From Lytechinus pictus (taxonomy: Eukaryota): a DNA stretch of 64,000 bases. Under the pieces are notes generated by a model, which did no database searches, was not told the DNA's origin, and saw nothing but the letters and a program-made list of their open reading frames with translations. The stretch covers positions 9,240,001 to 9,304,000 of the forward strand of contig NC_087252.1 in assembly GCF_037042905.1 (NCBI RefSeq), written 5' to 3'. Of the stretch, positions 24,474 through 38,750 are shown piece after piece. Each line of letters starts with the position of its first letter. Positions within the stretch are counted from its first letter, which is position 1. Both the position numbers and the translations under genes were made by a program.

Positions 24474-27400
24474 TTAAGAATACTTCCTTCACACCAATAT
24501 ACATTAAACAAAATAAAAATAAGTATGACTCCAAATCGACCTAATATATGCCATTCTAAATTAATTAAATAATTGTTACTGTGATTAATTCGGCTCGTAT
24601 TTGACATACATACATGTAACATAACAGGTACTTATATAGCGCTTTACCAAAAATATGATCAAAGCCCTTTACAATGAATAACTAATAATACAAATAATGG
24701 AAAACACATTAAACAGCACTTAAAAATATCTATCTACGGGGACTGATGCTTGATGTTTATGCCCTGTTCTCTTATAAAAATCGTCAATGGTATCTGAATG
24801 GTAGCGAATGGTAGTTGAATGGTAAATTGAATGGTAAATGGTACGTGAATGGTATTTAAGTGGTGTTTCAATGGTACGTGCTTATGGTAAGTGGTAGTCT
24901 GTTTAATGGTAAATGGTATACCATATATTCAATGGTGTCTCAGTGGTATGTGTATAATGGTATGATTGGTATAATGAATGGTATACCATATACCAAATGG
25001 TGTTTCAGTGGTATACAATGGTATCTCATTTGTATGTGTCTAATGGTATGATTTGTATGGTGAATGGTATACCATATACCCAATGGTGTCTCAGTGGTAT
25101 CCAATGGTGTCTTAGTGTTATGTGTCTTCAATGGTATGGCTGTATGGTGAATGGTATACCATATACCAAATGGTGTTTCAATGGTATACAATGGTGTCTC
25201 ATTTGTATGTGCCTAATGGTATGATTTGTATGGTGAATGGTATACCATATACCCAATGGTGTCTCAGTGGTATCGAATGGTGTCTTAGTGTTATGTGTCT
25301 CCAATGGTATGGTTGTATGGTGAATGGTATACCATATACCAAATGGTGTTTCAATGATATTCAATGTTATCTCATTTGAATGTGTCTTATGGTTTGATTT
25401 GTATGGTGAATGGTATACCATATACCCAGTGGTGTCTCAGTGGTATCGAATGGTGTCTTAGTGTTATGTGTCTCCAATTGTATGGTAGAATGGTGAACGG
25501 TATACCATACCAAATGGTGTCTCAGTGGTATCCAATAGTATGGTGTGTGCCTATATATGATTGGTATGGTAAATGTGTCTCAGTAGTATGTATTTTAAAG
25601 GTGAATTGAATAACAAAAAATAAATTGTAACTTAATGATGGCTTTAATAACGGTGTGTGCCTGATGAGTTGTATTTATGTTAACGGTGAATGGTATGCCC
25701 AATTGCATTACCCAATACAATTCTGAAGATTTAAAGAAAATCCATCAAAGATTAAAAAGTAATTAGAGATATTACAACTTTTGATTTGTGACTTTTATGC
25801 GAACAGCTTCCCCCAAATCAAGCGTAAACTGATCAAGTGCTTATACTACAATGATATTAATTTGTTATATTTTACAATTGTACATATTACTTTGTAAATT
25901 TATATTTGATGCACTGAGTGCAAAAAAAGCAATCAATCAATGAAATCCTATTTGATAAAAAGGGTTTTTATTGTACCTTAATATCAACATACAAATTATT
26001 TCACAGCCTGAAAGGGAAGAACATAGTCATCATTTACAATTAAAATTTTGAAATTTATACATGCAAGTTTTTGGGAGCATTAACAAGATGCGTATCGTAC
26101 TAAATAGAAAAATTGTACATTTCACCATCCTTTCTTTTCTCGTTTTTGTTTCTTGGTATAATTTGAACGGCACACCACCTCCCCTATCTGTACGGTATAC
26201 AGTTTTTTTTTATGAAACGTTCCCCCTTCTTTTTTCAAAGTGTTATTCTATTTTTCAATTAATTTTCTTATTTAATCATGGCCACTTTTTATAAAGAGAG
26301 CTATGGGGGTGTTTACAAGAAATAGACTAATCTCATCTAAAGTAAACAAATTTCTGAATTTATTGATGGAAGAAACAATAAATCAGTTGCAAGTTTGCAG
26401 TTAAAAGTATGACTTAAAACTGATTTTGGAGTTTGAAATTGACTTGCGTTCAACTTCAATTGCAAGTTTCTTGCAATGTCCCATAGGTCATTATTTTTCT
26501 TAAAATGAATTCACTGTTGGTTGTCTTCCTCCCCTAACCCCTATTGAAATTCCCATCGGCAAACCCTGATTTTGGTCTGCAACGACCAAAGCCCCCTCCC
26601 GGCCAATTCATATATCGCTACTACTGCTTCCATCATGAAACGTTCCTCTTTTTTTTTACAAATTATATTTTAATCATTTTTCTTACTTATGGACGGTGTT
26701 TATTAAGAGGAGAGCTATTCTAGGCCGGTCATTACTTGCTTAATTTAAATGATTTGTCAGTTATATTGTCTTGCTCCCCTCCCCCCACCCCCTATCAAAA
26801 TTCCCTGCCGCCAGACTAGTACAATGTAACATAAAACAATCTACTGAACGAAATTCTCAATTGCCATCAAAACAAAAGCGAAATTAAACAAAGAGAGAAA
26901 AGGGAAAAAAAGAAATAAGTAAAAATATATATATATATCGAAAAAAAAAAAAAATAATAAAAAAAAATAAAATAAAAAGACTAAGACAAAGAAAAGAAGA
27001 AAGATTGAACAGAAAAAGAGAAAGAAAGTAAAACATGGAATTATAGAACAGAATTGAGCAAAATGATTTTTCTCATAGATCCTTTCAAATGATAAGCAGT
27101 GGCAAAAATTTACTGCATGGTTGCCAACCCATAACCAATCAAGAAAAAGACACCTCTGATTTACATGCAATTCACTCCTTCCCCTATAACGAGATGTATC
27201 TTGGCGAAGAAGCCCCCTCCCCCTGATTTGGTCTCCCCCCCCCCCAATATCGGGATGTGTTGGCTGCGCTGCTAGCTAGCTCGCTCTATGTACATGTATG
27301 TAAGTGTTGTTCTCGCGCTCGCACGCGCGCGCGCACGTACCTAACCGCCGATTGCAATATTTAAAAAAAAAAACGACCAACCACTGTCATAGACCTTATC

Positions 27401-28068
27401 GCAAATAGCGTCTGTCGCGTGAGGGCGTCTGTCATCGCAGAGGATCACAGGATGCGAAAGGGGGCCAACACGGAATCGGCTTTCGGGAAGCCATACAACG
27501 CCATATGTTTTGTGTAGTGTCACTCAAAATCCAGGCTTTTTTTTAAGTCTGATTTCTTCGTATTTAAATTATTTTGGATACTTGAATGTGGATTTATAGA
27601 AAAATCTTTGTATCATGATTGCCCAGTGAAAGTATGAACTCAATACCCACCATATTTTCGAAGTTTTCTGGGGCTAAACTTGGGAAGATTTTGTGGGAAA
27701 AGTGAGACGGTGATTACGGGTCATTGCCGATCGACTTTAGAAAAGAGCACGTCGATCGGTGATCCAAATTAGATAGCATATTTTTCCCTTAAAGAATATT
27801 CATGAGAAACATAATGTAGACCATATATCTCCATATAAATTTAGCTATTTTTTTGTTATTTTGGGGGAAATATAGTCCTTTTTTGCAAGTCGGGCTGTTT
27901 AGTTTGATCATACAATTTCTATATAGGGGGTGCATGAGACAAATCTAAAGCCAAAAATAAGCTAGTATATATTGTCACGAAATGGGTTTTATTTCGTGTT
28001 AGAAAATTATCTTTGGTTGATTTATAATGATTTTGTCGTAGCTGGCGATATTACATGCATGTTTCTAC

Positions 28069-31000
28069 GGTGACCCGACAATTGCTCCGCCGACATCTGC
28101 TCCGCCGACAACTGCTACGCAAAATACGACAACTGCTCCGCCGACAATTGCTCCGGACAGTTGCTCCGCCGACAGTTGCTCCGTGGACACTTGCTCCGCC
28201 GATATTTGCTCCGTGGACACTTGCTCCGCCGATATTTGCTCCGTCGACATATGCTCCGCCGATATTTGCTCCGCCGACATCTGCTCCGCCGAAAATTGCT
28301 CCGCCGACATCTGCTCCGATTATACGACAATTGCTCCGCCGACATCATCTCCGCCGATAATTGCTCCGCCGACATCTGCTCCGCCGTAAATTGCTCCGAT
28401 ATTGCGACATTTAAATTTATTCGTACTTTCATGCGCATAACAATTGTAGCACAGGATGAAGACGTCAATTTACAAATGTGTATATTATAATATATTTATT
28501 GCAAAGTAAATTTGATATATTACATGACATGCACAGGTGCCGCGGAACAGTTTTCAAAGTGGGGGCTGACCATGCTAAAAATCACAATCATATGGTCATT
28601 TTTACGTTTTTGTACACGGTTTTGGAAAAAAGGGGAGGGGGCTGAAGCCCTCAGCCCCCGGTTCCGCGGCCCCTGATACATAACATAGAAAGAAATAGGA
28701 AAAAAAGGGATAAGCCCAAAGGAGGAATAGATATTCTTAATTCTTATTCCTTGGGGGGCATTTGTTTAAGTTTTATTTCGTGCCTGGTGATTAAAATGAA
28801 AAAAAAAATACGCGTGTTCATGTAATTATTATGACGGGACAAAAAAAATACTTCTTAGCGTCAAAATCGCTCTGGCGAAATATTCTCAGAAGTGGAGATA
28901 TTTGCTCCAGGTGAAATTCAATAGGTATGCTTTATGTTTACAATAAAAAAAATGCGTATAAATGTCCCCTTTCCAGGTTAATAACATCTCGTGCTTCGTG
29001 CTCGCATTATAAATTCAGTGCGATACGTTATTGGGTTTCATGAATATGTAACTATATTATTACTGGTATAGATGTATTATTGTCTTTTAAAAACAACATT
29101 ATTTGTTTATACGTTATGAGAGAAATACATACATATATTCATTTATTAAAATATATTTATATTGTTGCTATTGCACAGAATAGAAAAAAATACAACCGAA
29201 GTCTTGTCTTATAGTAACTCACCAGTAGCGTAATGAGCCAAAAAAAAAAAAAAAATGGAGGGGGTCAGACAAGGATGACATTTAGTTTCTTTTCCTTTAT
29301 TCTTTTTTTTCATTGGTAGGGAGAATGGGGGGATCCGTGACCCCTAGCACGCCCCTCCCCTTTCTGTACGCCATTGATGATCATGCTTTCGTTTGAAACA
29401 AATTGAAAGAAAAAAGGTGCAAGGGTAGATAAGGCCCAAGACGTATTAAACAATATTGATAAAAATATTAATAATTGTAATGCTGATAAATATAAAATAA
29501 ATCAAGCGGTAACCAATGAAAATTAATAGTGTGAAAGAACAAAACGAGAATGAGGGAGAGAGAGAGGGGGCGCGAATGTATGGTGTATAACTTGCTGGAA
29601 AGCAGAAGGGCAGGGGCGGATCCAGCCTTCGCCAATAGGAGGGGGGGTTTATAGCCATATTTTCCCCGATCGGCCGCTCGATGATGATTTTGGTTTCTTT
29701 GAAGGGGTAGTCCTAAAGTCACTTCTTAGCTTCATTCTTATAAATCAACATAAATATATAATATCATAATCCGTATTTATATAATGCGAGCGCGAGCTAA
29801 ATTTTTAAAGGAAATTTTATGTATTTTTTCTAAAATTGGATCATTCTGGTCAATGTTTGTTATCCTGAAAAAGATGTGTATACAATTAAATAGTTACCAC
29901 GAACGAGAAGCGCGAGCAGAAATGAACTGATGGAAAAGGTACTTGGTAAAGATTGCTTGCAGTTAGCCATGAAGACGTTATATACTTTAAAAATCATATA
30001 ATGCGAGCGCGAAGCGCGAGCAGAAAATTTCGAGATTTAGACCTACTGAACGAGAGACTCTATTCATGTTTTGTAAACCATGAAAAGAATGAGTAATATG
30101 GGATCTTCCTAACTTGATAATGCGAGCACAAAGCGCGAGCAGAACATTTTTGATATTGTGATCTGAAACTGGATAATGTTTTAAATAGAATAAACTATTT
30201 GATTTTCCGACCAACAAAAATAGTAAATTTCTGCTCTATATTTCAAGCACTTTGTGAATTTGTGAGGTGGATATGGATTGCACTTAATAAAGAGCTGATA
30301 TGTTCTATTATTACTTTGAGTTTTGACATATATAAGACTGGGACATCCTTAGGACATGTCATCACATGAAAATGATGACTATTTTCCTATTCCTCTTGCT
30401 AAGCGCGAGACAAAACAAAAGGGACAATTTAATTTCTAAATTAATATCTTACTCATTAATGCCTAATGACGGCACGAAATCTGATGATATTATGGTCTGA
30501 AAACTGGACATTTCAAGCACTTTCGTAGTCATAAATAGGATGCATCAGTTTAAATATTTTTAACCATGAATGCGAGCGCAAATCGCGAGCCAAACTTTTT
30601 AAAAACTGTCATTAAACGGGGATTTTAAGTAGTTTCTTTGTATATTCAATATTGAGAAATACATAACTCTCCATTCAAATGCGAGCGCAGCGCTAGCTGA
30701 TACGTTTTGACAATCAGACCTGAAAAGGGATATTTTGAAAACTTTACGGAATACACAAAAATAATAGGTACCTGATATATCAAAATTTGCGAGTGCGCAG
30801 CGCGAGCAGAAAATATCAAAATTCAGACCATAAAACTGACATTTTTACAGAGCACTTTTTAAAAATCAATTTGTAAATCACACAAAACACTGAAAGTTCG
30901 ATTCCCGAGGTGAAATATGTTTTGTATATTGACTTCCAAACTTGATATTTAAACTCCATAATTATTGAACAAGATATGAAAAATCACCTAACAGGCAATG

Positions 31001-31860
31001 CGAGCGCGAAGCGCGAGGGAAAATTTTATACAGTGACATGAAAGATTCTTTTTATTTTCCAAGTCTTTCCCTCATCTTATTTTATTTAGTCGTCTTCCTC
31101 CTTCTTTTTACTCTTCTCTTTTGTTTTTACTCTTCTCTTTCCATGTTTCTGTTCTTTCTTTCCTTTTTTTTTGTTCAGCCAGTGGGGGGGGGGGGGGCTC
31201 GGCCCCTCCCCTGGATCCGCCTATGGAATAGATATTGTGTCCAGCACCCCCCTCATGCTCTCCTCGCTCAAGACCAGATTGAAACCAATGATAATAATAT
31301 ATGAACAAAAATCCAGATTCACAATTCCAATGGGGAGTGTGTCATTCCCCTTCTGCGTTACAATTTATCAAGTGGCGGCGGCAGGGAGAACAATTTGGTT
31401 TTTAAAGCAGAAAGCTGTGATGATAGGGGAGAATTGAATAAATGAATAAAAATAAAATAAGAACAAAACAACAACAAAACAATTTGTAAGATGTTCATGC
31501 AATTGTATTATCGGAGCACATGACGGCGGAGCAATAGACTGCGGAGCAATTGTCGTGAAGCAAATGTCGTATAATTGGAGCAATTTTCGGCGGAGCAATT
31601 GTCGTAAAATCGGAGCAGAGGTCGGCGGAGCAATTATCGGCGGAGCAACTGTCGGCGGAGCAACTGTCGGCGGAGCAGATGTCGACGGAGCAAATATCGG
31701 CGGAGCAAGTGTCGACGGAGCAAATATCGGCGGAGCAAGTGTCGACGGAGCAACTGTCGGCGGAGCAACTGTCCGGAGCAATTGTCGGCGGAGCAGTTGT
31801 CGTATTTTGCGTAGCAATTGTCGGCGGAGCAGATGTCGGCGGAGCAATTGTCATGGAACC
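28069..31860. mobile_element. Foldback-type DNA transposon (MULE/Merlin-like) with 15-bp subterminal tandem repeats
   Basis: Perfect 8-bp TSD GTTTCTAC (28061-28068, 31861-31868). Inverted arrays of TTGCTCCGCCGACAA at 28078-28400 and 31510-31852. Confidence 0.85.
29611..31225. repeat. hAT-like element carrying dispersed GCGAGCGCGAAGCGCGAGC units
   Basis: TIR CAGGGGCGGATCCAG / CTGGATCCGCCTATG. The motif recurs about every 100-200 bp. No TSD seen. Confidence 0.6.
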
Positions 31861-32063
31861 GTTTCTACACTAATAATGACGTAGATAGAAACTTGAAAGT
31901 TATGCATGTTTTGAACCGTTTTTGTGGAATAACAATTTCATGGAGATGTTTAACTGATTATTGTGGTTATCAATAGCTTGATCTAAATAAATGCTTTATT
32001 TTGATGTCATTCATGCATATCCGGTTTTGGAGAGGAAAGTTATACATGTAGCTGTTCTAAGAT

Positions 32064-33304
32064 TGTAACAGAGGTTAACTATAACAGATATTGTATAATT
32101 AATGCATAAGTACAGTAAGTTTGTGTACTCGTGAGCTTTGCCGATAATCTGTTGAAATACGGCGCCCACGGGGTGCATTGCACGTAAAGTATGCAGATTG
32201 ATTTGGATTCGCTATCCAATAAATAAAGTTGGTGGATGCGATCGAAATGATTTATAAGATTGTTCGCATGTCTTTCCACGGGGAAACCTAGGATGGAATT
32301 CTAGTCCAAGGCGACGACTGTGGTTAGATTTCCTTGTATGTTGGGTCTTTTGCACGCCAGCAAGAGACTATACCAGGGCTTGCTCTTTTGGTAGTCTGGT
32401 TGGTCTGGAAGCGGACGGTTCGGAGTCTGGAGCAGACGGGTTGGTCTGAAGCGGATGGTTGCTGGTCTGGAAGCAGACAGTCGGAGGTCCGGAGCAGACA
32501 ACGGTGGAAACTACAAGTAGAGCAGAGCCAATGGGTATGGTCGTGAGAGCCTGACTGCAGAAGGACTCACACATATGGTCGAGGAACCAGACGTAGTTTC
32601 CGGTACTGAACAGACGTGGTTGCAGTACGGATTCAGACGTGGTCGTGATACTGAACAGACGTGGTCGCAGTGCTGGACAGACGTTGCAGTGGTCGCGGTA
32701 CTGAACAGACGTGGTTGCAGTACGGATTCAGACGTGGTCGTGGTACTGAACAGACGTGGTTGCAGTGCTGAACAGACGGTGTTGCAGTACGGTATCAGAC
32801 GTGGATGCGGTACTGAACATACGTGGTTGCAGTACGGAAGCAGACGTGGTTGCAGTACGGAGCAGACGTGGTTGCTGTACTGAACAGACGTAGTAACTGG
32901 TCGTAAGCAGACGACGGGGGAAATTACCAGAGTCCATGGGTATGGTCGTGGGAGCTTGGCTACGGAGAAACCCATACCTATGGTCGAGATAGCTTAACTA
33001 TAGGAATCAGATGCATATGGTCGAGAGAGCTTAACTACACAAGCTAGATGCATATGGTCGGGTGAGCTGTTGGAGCTGACAACAAAGAGTGTAGCCGTCT
33101 GGATGTTGCCTGGTGGTGGTACTGGCAGGATCGAGGCTTGTGCAAGTGTCAACTGCGGCAGTATATTTCTGCCAAACGGATCCGCGACTAAAAGTTTGGA
33201 AATCGACTGGGGCAAAGTCATCCGCCGGCGGCAGGCATCCTGACAAGAGCGAGTTGCCGGCGGACCGACCACACCCACGCCCGCCGCCGAGCGAGTCCAT
33301 CACA
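32064..33304. mobile_element. Probable solo LTR with internal ~21-24-bp tandem repeats
   Basis: Termini TGTAACA...ATCACA (TG..CA); flanks AGAT/ATAT; GC-rich interior with CAGACGTGGTTGCAGTAC repeats at 32590-32890. Confidence 0.55.
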
Positions 33305-34027
33305 ATATATATATATATATATATATATGTATACATAATATAAAGGACATAATAATAGGCCTATGACATGCGGAATAAAGATTAAATAAATCTGAATTTA
33401 TCTAAATTTAAAACATTTTAAGTTTTAATAAAATTAAAAAAATTTTACGATCCCGTATAGTCCCTACATCCCTCCAACCTCTGTAATTTTATTTTGTCTG
33501 AAACTGGATATTTAATTCATATAAATGATATATATTCCATTCTTTTGAAATAAATCATATTTCAACATTTACATCTTCAATTAATTTTATCGCATTCAGT
33601 CACTTCTCTTTCAGATCACCTTCCTCATTAAATGATTTTTTTTTCTTTTTTGGCTTATTTTTCTTTCAATATACTTTCATATATTCTCATTTTTTTTTAT
33701 ATATTTCATTCATTATTTTGTCTATGCATGCCACTTATAAAACTTCAAAATGTCCGACCACGATCCTGAATAATTTGCAATAATATTATGTAGCCTATCT
33801 GTGGAGAGAAAAAGAAAACACAGCTCGGTTTATAGGCCTACTCTGAATAGAATCATGATTGAGATAATTATTTATGAAACATGTATTCTTGACTATCGAT
33901 TGATATTACAAAAATATAACACTATAATAAAGTAATCAAATCTACTGCAGGGTTTGTTTTATTGAACATCATTTTATTATTGCTTGGAATTCCGGGACCA
34001 GTTTCCTCCACTGCCTCGCCGACTTAC

Positions 34028-34194
34028 CTCTGGACCGAGAGTGCATGCCCGCTGTCCGTGCATACAAAGCACACAGCAGCTGCACAGCTCAAAATACACA
34101 CAGACAGTGCGCTAAAATGAAAGAAAATTGCACTTGTCTTCATAAAATCTGTGGTAATTCTTGCAGCTATAGACGGCATATATATCTCTGCCAC
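34028..34194 (-). pseudogene. Orphan exon encoding a hydrophobic, signal-peptide-like N-terminus (MPSIAARITTDFMKTSAIFFHFSALSVCILSCAAAVCFVCTDSGHALSVQ)
   Basis: Donor GAG|GTAAGT at 34028/34027. The acceptor tract is restored only when 34205-45299 is removed. Confidence 0.5.
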
Positions 34195-36234
34195 CTACGA
34201 TTAAAGGTAAATTGTGACATTGGTTTATTTCAAAACTTTCTTTTAGATTTCACTCTTCGCTTTTCAAAATACTCATAAACAAGTTCTGAGTCCATAAAAT
34301 ATATTGCATTGGCCAAAAGAACTGTTTTTATTCTCAAAAAAATATATAAAGAAGATAAATTTTACCAAGTGAGCTTTCTTTTGATGCAGATTTTGAAATG
34401 GACATAACAAATGAAGAGCGCCACCTTGAGACCAAATGACATCAATACCTGCTCATGAATATTCATATCCATCGCCTCTGCGCTTGTCTCACGTGCCGAT
34501 CTGTATACCGGCTATACAGTACAGTATCGGATTGAACGGCGGAGTCTATTTGCGACTTTTTCATTCATTTCCTGTAGGAGCGTGTGCATTCGCGCAGTCC
34601 CTCAATGGCAAATTAAATAACTTGGAAACAACCAAGGAACTTTTTGAAATGACCATCATAATAATTGTGATGTTATGCACGTTGTTTTTCAAATCGCGGA
34701 GAATAGGTCATACGTACATCTTGATATCTGGGCAGGGTACCAGGTACCGAGAGACGGCTTTCCTTCCCTTTCCTTGCTTTTCATCTTTGCTTCGTTTCTC
34801 TCTAGCTGTATTTTTTTTTCTTTACTTGTCTAGGGTATGAAGGGAGGGAGAATTATGGTTGCTTGCTGTGAAAGGGCTATTCTTATTTTTTTTCCCGTTT
34901 TTTATTTCTATTTTATAATTATATTTACATACGCATTTTTGTTTCGATTCCGATTCACTGAATTGTTATCAATTTCTTCAAGTTCTGTATTTTGATTTGT
35001 TCATTATTATAATGTGTTGTAACATTTTTTTTAAAGGAAAAGGAAATCATTTTGTATTGAACTAGCTTGGCCGCCATTTTTCATTATTTTGCTTTGTGCG
35101 TTATATATGGCGAAAGATGCTCTTTCTCTTCCAGTGATTATTTGTCAATATACTGCCTCAATGTATTTATCACTAAAAAATGACAAATACCGCGTGGCCT
35201 ATGCCTTTTTTTTAAACAATATATTCTGGGGCGGATCCAGCTTTCACTAATAACGGGGCCGGGGTGAACAATATTTTCATCCACATTTTTCCCGATCGAT
35301 CGGCAGCTCAAAGCTAGTTTTTGTTGGAATCTATAGTCGTAACAGTACTAAGCCCTATAAAAAATGCGAGCGTGAGGTATTATTTTCGGACTGTGTATTG
35401 TGTCCTGAAAATTGATCTGAGCAATATGATCATTAAACAAGATGCACACTGACGGATAAGGTGCCCAAAATTTGAATAAGTAAAGGCCTATTTAGTTCCC
35501 TTGTTCGTTTTACTATAAGCCCTTCAACAATGTTTCCGTGTTTTGTATTACATTGATCAGTTAATATTTCTTTATGTCTCATACTATTTTGATATGAATT
35601 ATACCTTGCTATTGTACTTGTTACTATGATTTTATATACTAATAACTCTGAACTTGTGAACCTGTTTAACCATGACTGAATGAATAAATCAATAAATGAA
35701 TTGGTATAGATGAATAGATGTTCCATCGAACAGGCAATGCGAACACAAAGCGCGGGCTAAATTGTTTTTATACATGTGTAGTGACATGATTGGCTCCCAC
35801 CCCTCCCCAAGTCTGAATTCCCCTCACCTTTTTTTATTCATTCTTCCTCTTATATTTTGTCCCCCCCCCCCCTCTGCTTTCGTTCATATTACTTTGCGCC
35901 GCCAATATCGGGGGGGGGGGGGCGTAACGTCGGCCTCCTGGATCCGCCTATGCGTAGGTCTGTATGTTATAACAATGTATCATCGATCCCCCTCCAAGTT
36001 TCTCTTTGTATTTTTATTTTCAACTTGTTATGGTAGTATATACTGAACAAGAACAAGTATGACGTCTCCTATAGGTGCCTCTCCCTCCACCCACTCCTCC
36101 TCGGTCCGCTGCATGGGCTCGGATAATAAAATTACGTACTTATCATGGTGATATATATATATAATAAAATTGCAAATTTTATTGCAAAAACTGCATTACT
36201 CTTGAATTTGTGTTTCGCATTTCTGATGTCTTAT

Positions 36235-36237
<3 letters not shown>

Positions 36238-36301
<64 letters not shown>
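36238..36301. repeat. (TA)n microsatellite
   Basis: Directly visible. Confidence 0.95.
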
Positions 36302-36303
<2 letters not shown>

Positions 36304-36598
36304 GAGGACATACAGCTAGGCGGAACTATTTGGGGGAAGGGGTCTTCCATCTCTGTGTGATTCCGAAGTTCCGATGATGGTTCAGAGAATGTACTTCATG
36401 CAAAATCACGTTTTGGCATGACCTCTCAGCGCTGGGCATATCGACGGACAAAAAAATGCAAACATGTGACGGATCGAAATGGTAAAAAATATATATTTTA
36501 AAGAAAACCATCGTTATAAAATGCAGTCATACCAACATTTTTTTGTTAATACCAGTTTGAACTTAGATAAAAATTATAACCCGAGCCTATATTAGCAG

Positions 36599-37581
36599 CA
36601 GGGGCGGCGGAACCGGGGGGCGGCAGGGGCACTTAACCCCCTACATAAAAAATCCCAGTAGGAAAAAAATGCCTTTTTTAAATGGAGAGTGCACTTATTT
36701 CAAAATGATGTACATGTATGTCCCTTTTCAAAATAAAATACCTTTTTTGAAGTCAAACGATACATTTTAGGTTGGAAATCACAAATTTTTTGGCTCGCGC
36801 TTCGCGCCCACATCATTTATTTTTTAGGAAGGCACTCACTTTGTTTTGGTTACAACTTGTGCTTATAATGTTCAATTTTCAGGTTTAAATGTCACAAATC
36901 TTCAGCTCGCGCTTTCCGCTCGCATCAAAGGTACACATTATGTTCTCGGTTTCAAACTGCTTAGAATATCCAGTTTTCAGGTTGAAATATTACAAATTTT
37001 CGGCTCGCGCTTCGCATCAATTATTATTTATTAAGACACACAATTAAGTTCTTGGGGTTAAAAAAGTGCTTAGAATGTCCAGTTTTCTGGTTGGAATATC
37101 GCGCTCGCGTCCATTCTTCAATTAGATGCACATCTTTTTCATAACAAAATTGCTCGGAATGTTTGATTTTCATGTCTTATTAGTCATGTTAGTACAAGCA
37201 ATGTCTAGAATTTATAGCTCGCGATTTGCGCTCTGAACACCTCGCAAGAATGCTCTTTTAACAATAATTTGCGCGATTTGACCAAAAAGCGGCGAGTTTC
37301 ACAACTTCAGATTTGAAAATGTTCAAACTGCTTGCTTGCTACGCTCGCTCCCGGAAAAATAAAGCCTCAATAGATATTTTATCAATAAGAAAAGACTTTA
37401 AAAAGGTTTTGCTCAATTTAATTACTACAAAACGCACAACTACTTAACACAGATGATAATCTCATGGTGAAAATATCAGTTTGCATAAAAAATGCAAATT
37501 TTGCATATAAGTGCCTTTTTTGGCTTTGCCCACCCCAAAAAAAATAAAAAATAAAATTGAAAATACGTTCCGTCGCCTATG
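36599..37581. mobile_element. hAT-like non-autonomous element with GCTCGCGCTTCGCG units
   Basis: TIR CAGGGGCGGCGGAAC / GTTCCGTCGCCTATG; TSD ATTAGCAG/ATTAGCAC. Confidence 0.75.
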
Positions 37582-37964
37582 ATTAGCACCTATGGCACTC
37601 GCTGGTATTTTAATATATCATCATTTACACCCTCTCAAAGAAAGCAGACTTACTTTTGCCCTTTATTTTGCCCACAATGGAACTTACAGGAAAGCATATA
37701 TCAAACAGGATGCAAATGGAGGTCTATTCAGCCGGACGTTATTTATACGCTTTGGAGTTTGGATTCTTGTTTGCCTAGAAAACGTAAACTATTTCAAGAG
37801 TTTTTATATTTTCATTACATCTTTGTCCTTATTTCTCTATATCCGTAGCTCTACCATGCGCGTATTCGGGGTCGCCAAAATAGGGAGAAAAGGGAAGGAA
37901 AGAAAAGGGGAGGAAAAGGGAGGGGAGAGAAGAGAAAGGGGGCAAGAAAGAGAGGAGGGAAAAA

Positions 37965-38750
37965 AGAAGCGCCGCATTGGTGTTCGACCTGGGGGGGGGG
38001 GGCCGAATCGATAATCGACCTAGGGGCGCCGAATTTAAGTCCAACATAGATAGGGGAGCCGAATTGTGGTTCGAAATAAGGGGCGTCGAGTTGATATCCG
38101 ACCTAGGGGGCGCCGAATTGATGTTCGACCTAGGGGGCGCCAAATCGATGTTCGACCTAGGGGCTGCCAAATTGATGTTCAACCTAGGAAGGGGGGGGGG
38201 AGGAAATTGATGTTTTACCTCGGGGAGCCGTATAGATGTTCGACATAGAAGGGTGCCGAATCGAAGTTCGACATAGGGGCACCAAGGGGGCGCCGAATCG
38301 ATATTTTTTTCGTAGGGTTGACGAATTGCTGTTTGACATGGGGGGGGGGGGGTGGATGCGCCGAATTGATGTTCAACCTAGAGCATGTATATAGCGGGTG
38401 CCGAATTTATGTTTTGCTTAGGGGCGCCGAATTGATGTTCGACCTAGGGTGTGCCAAATTGATCTTCATCCTAGGGGGGGGGGGGTGAATTAATGTTTTA
38501 CCTCGGGGCGCCGTATAGATGTTCGACATAGGGGCACCGAAATGATGTTTAACCTTGGGGATGGGGCGCCGAATAATTATTTTTCCTATATACGGTTGTC
38601 GAGTTGCTGTTTGACATATAGGGGCGCCGAATTGATGTTCAACCTAGGTGGTGCCGAATGGATATTCACCACACGCCAATTTGATATTTGTCTCGGTGCA
38701 TCAAATTCAGGTTCAATTTACCTAGGGAGGGGAGGGGGTGCCAAACTCAT
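37965..38750. repeat. ~29-bp minisatellite (GGGGCGCCGAATTGATGTTCGACCTAG)
   Basis: Many degenerate tandem units. Confidence 0.85.

Noticed and set aside
28055..28490. APPT or RRQLL repeat proteins (also 31368-31884)
   Set aside because: They come from the 15-bp subterminal repeats of a TSD-flanked foldback element.
37592..38014. 140-aa ORF
   Set aside because: It runs into purine-rich and minisatellite sequence and resembles nothing I recognise.
37965..38750. CRISPR-like regular repeats (also 32590-32890)
   Set aside because: The units are adjacent and degenerate with no unique spacers; there are no cas genes and the context is eukaryotic.
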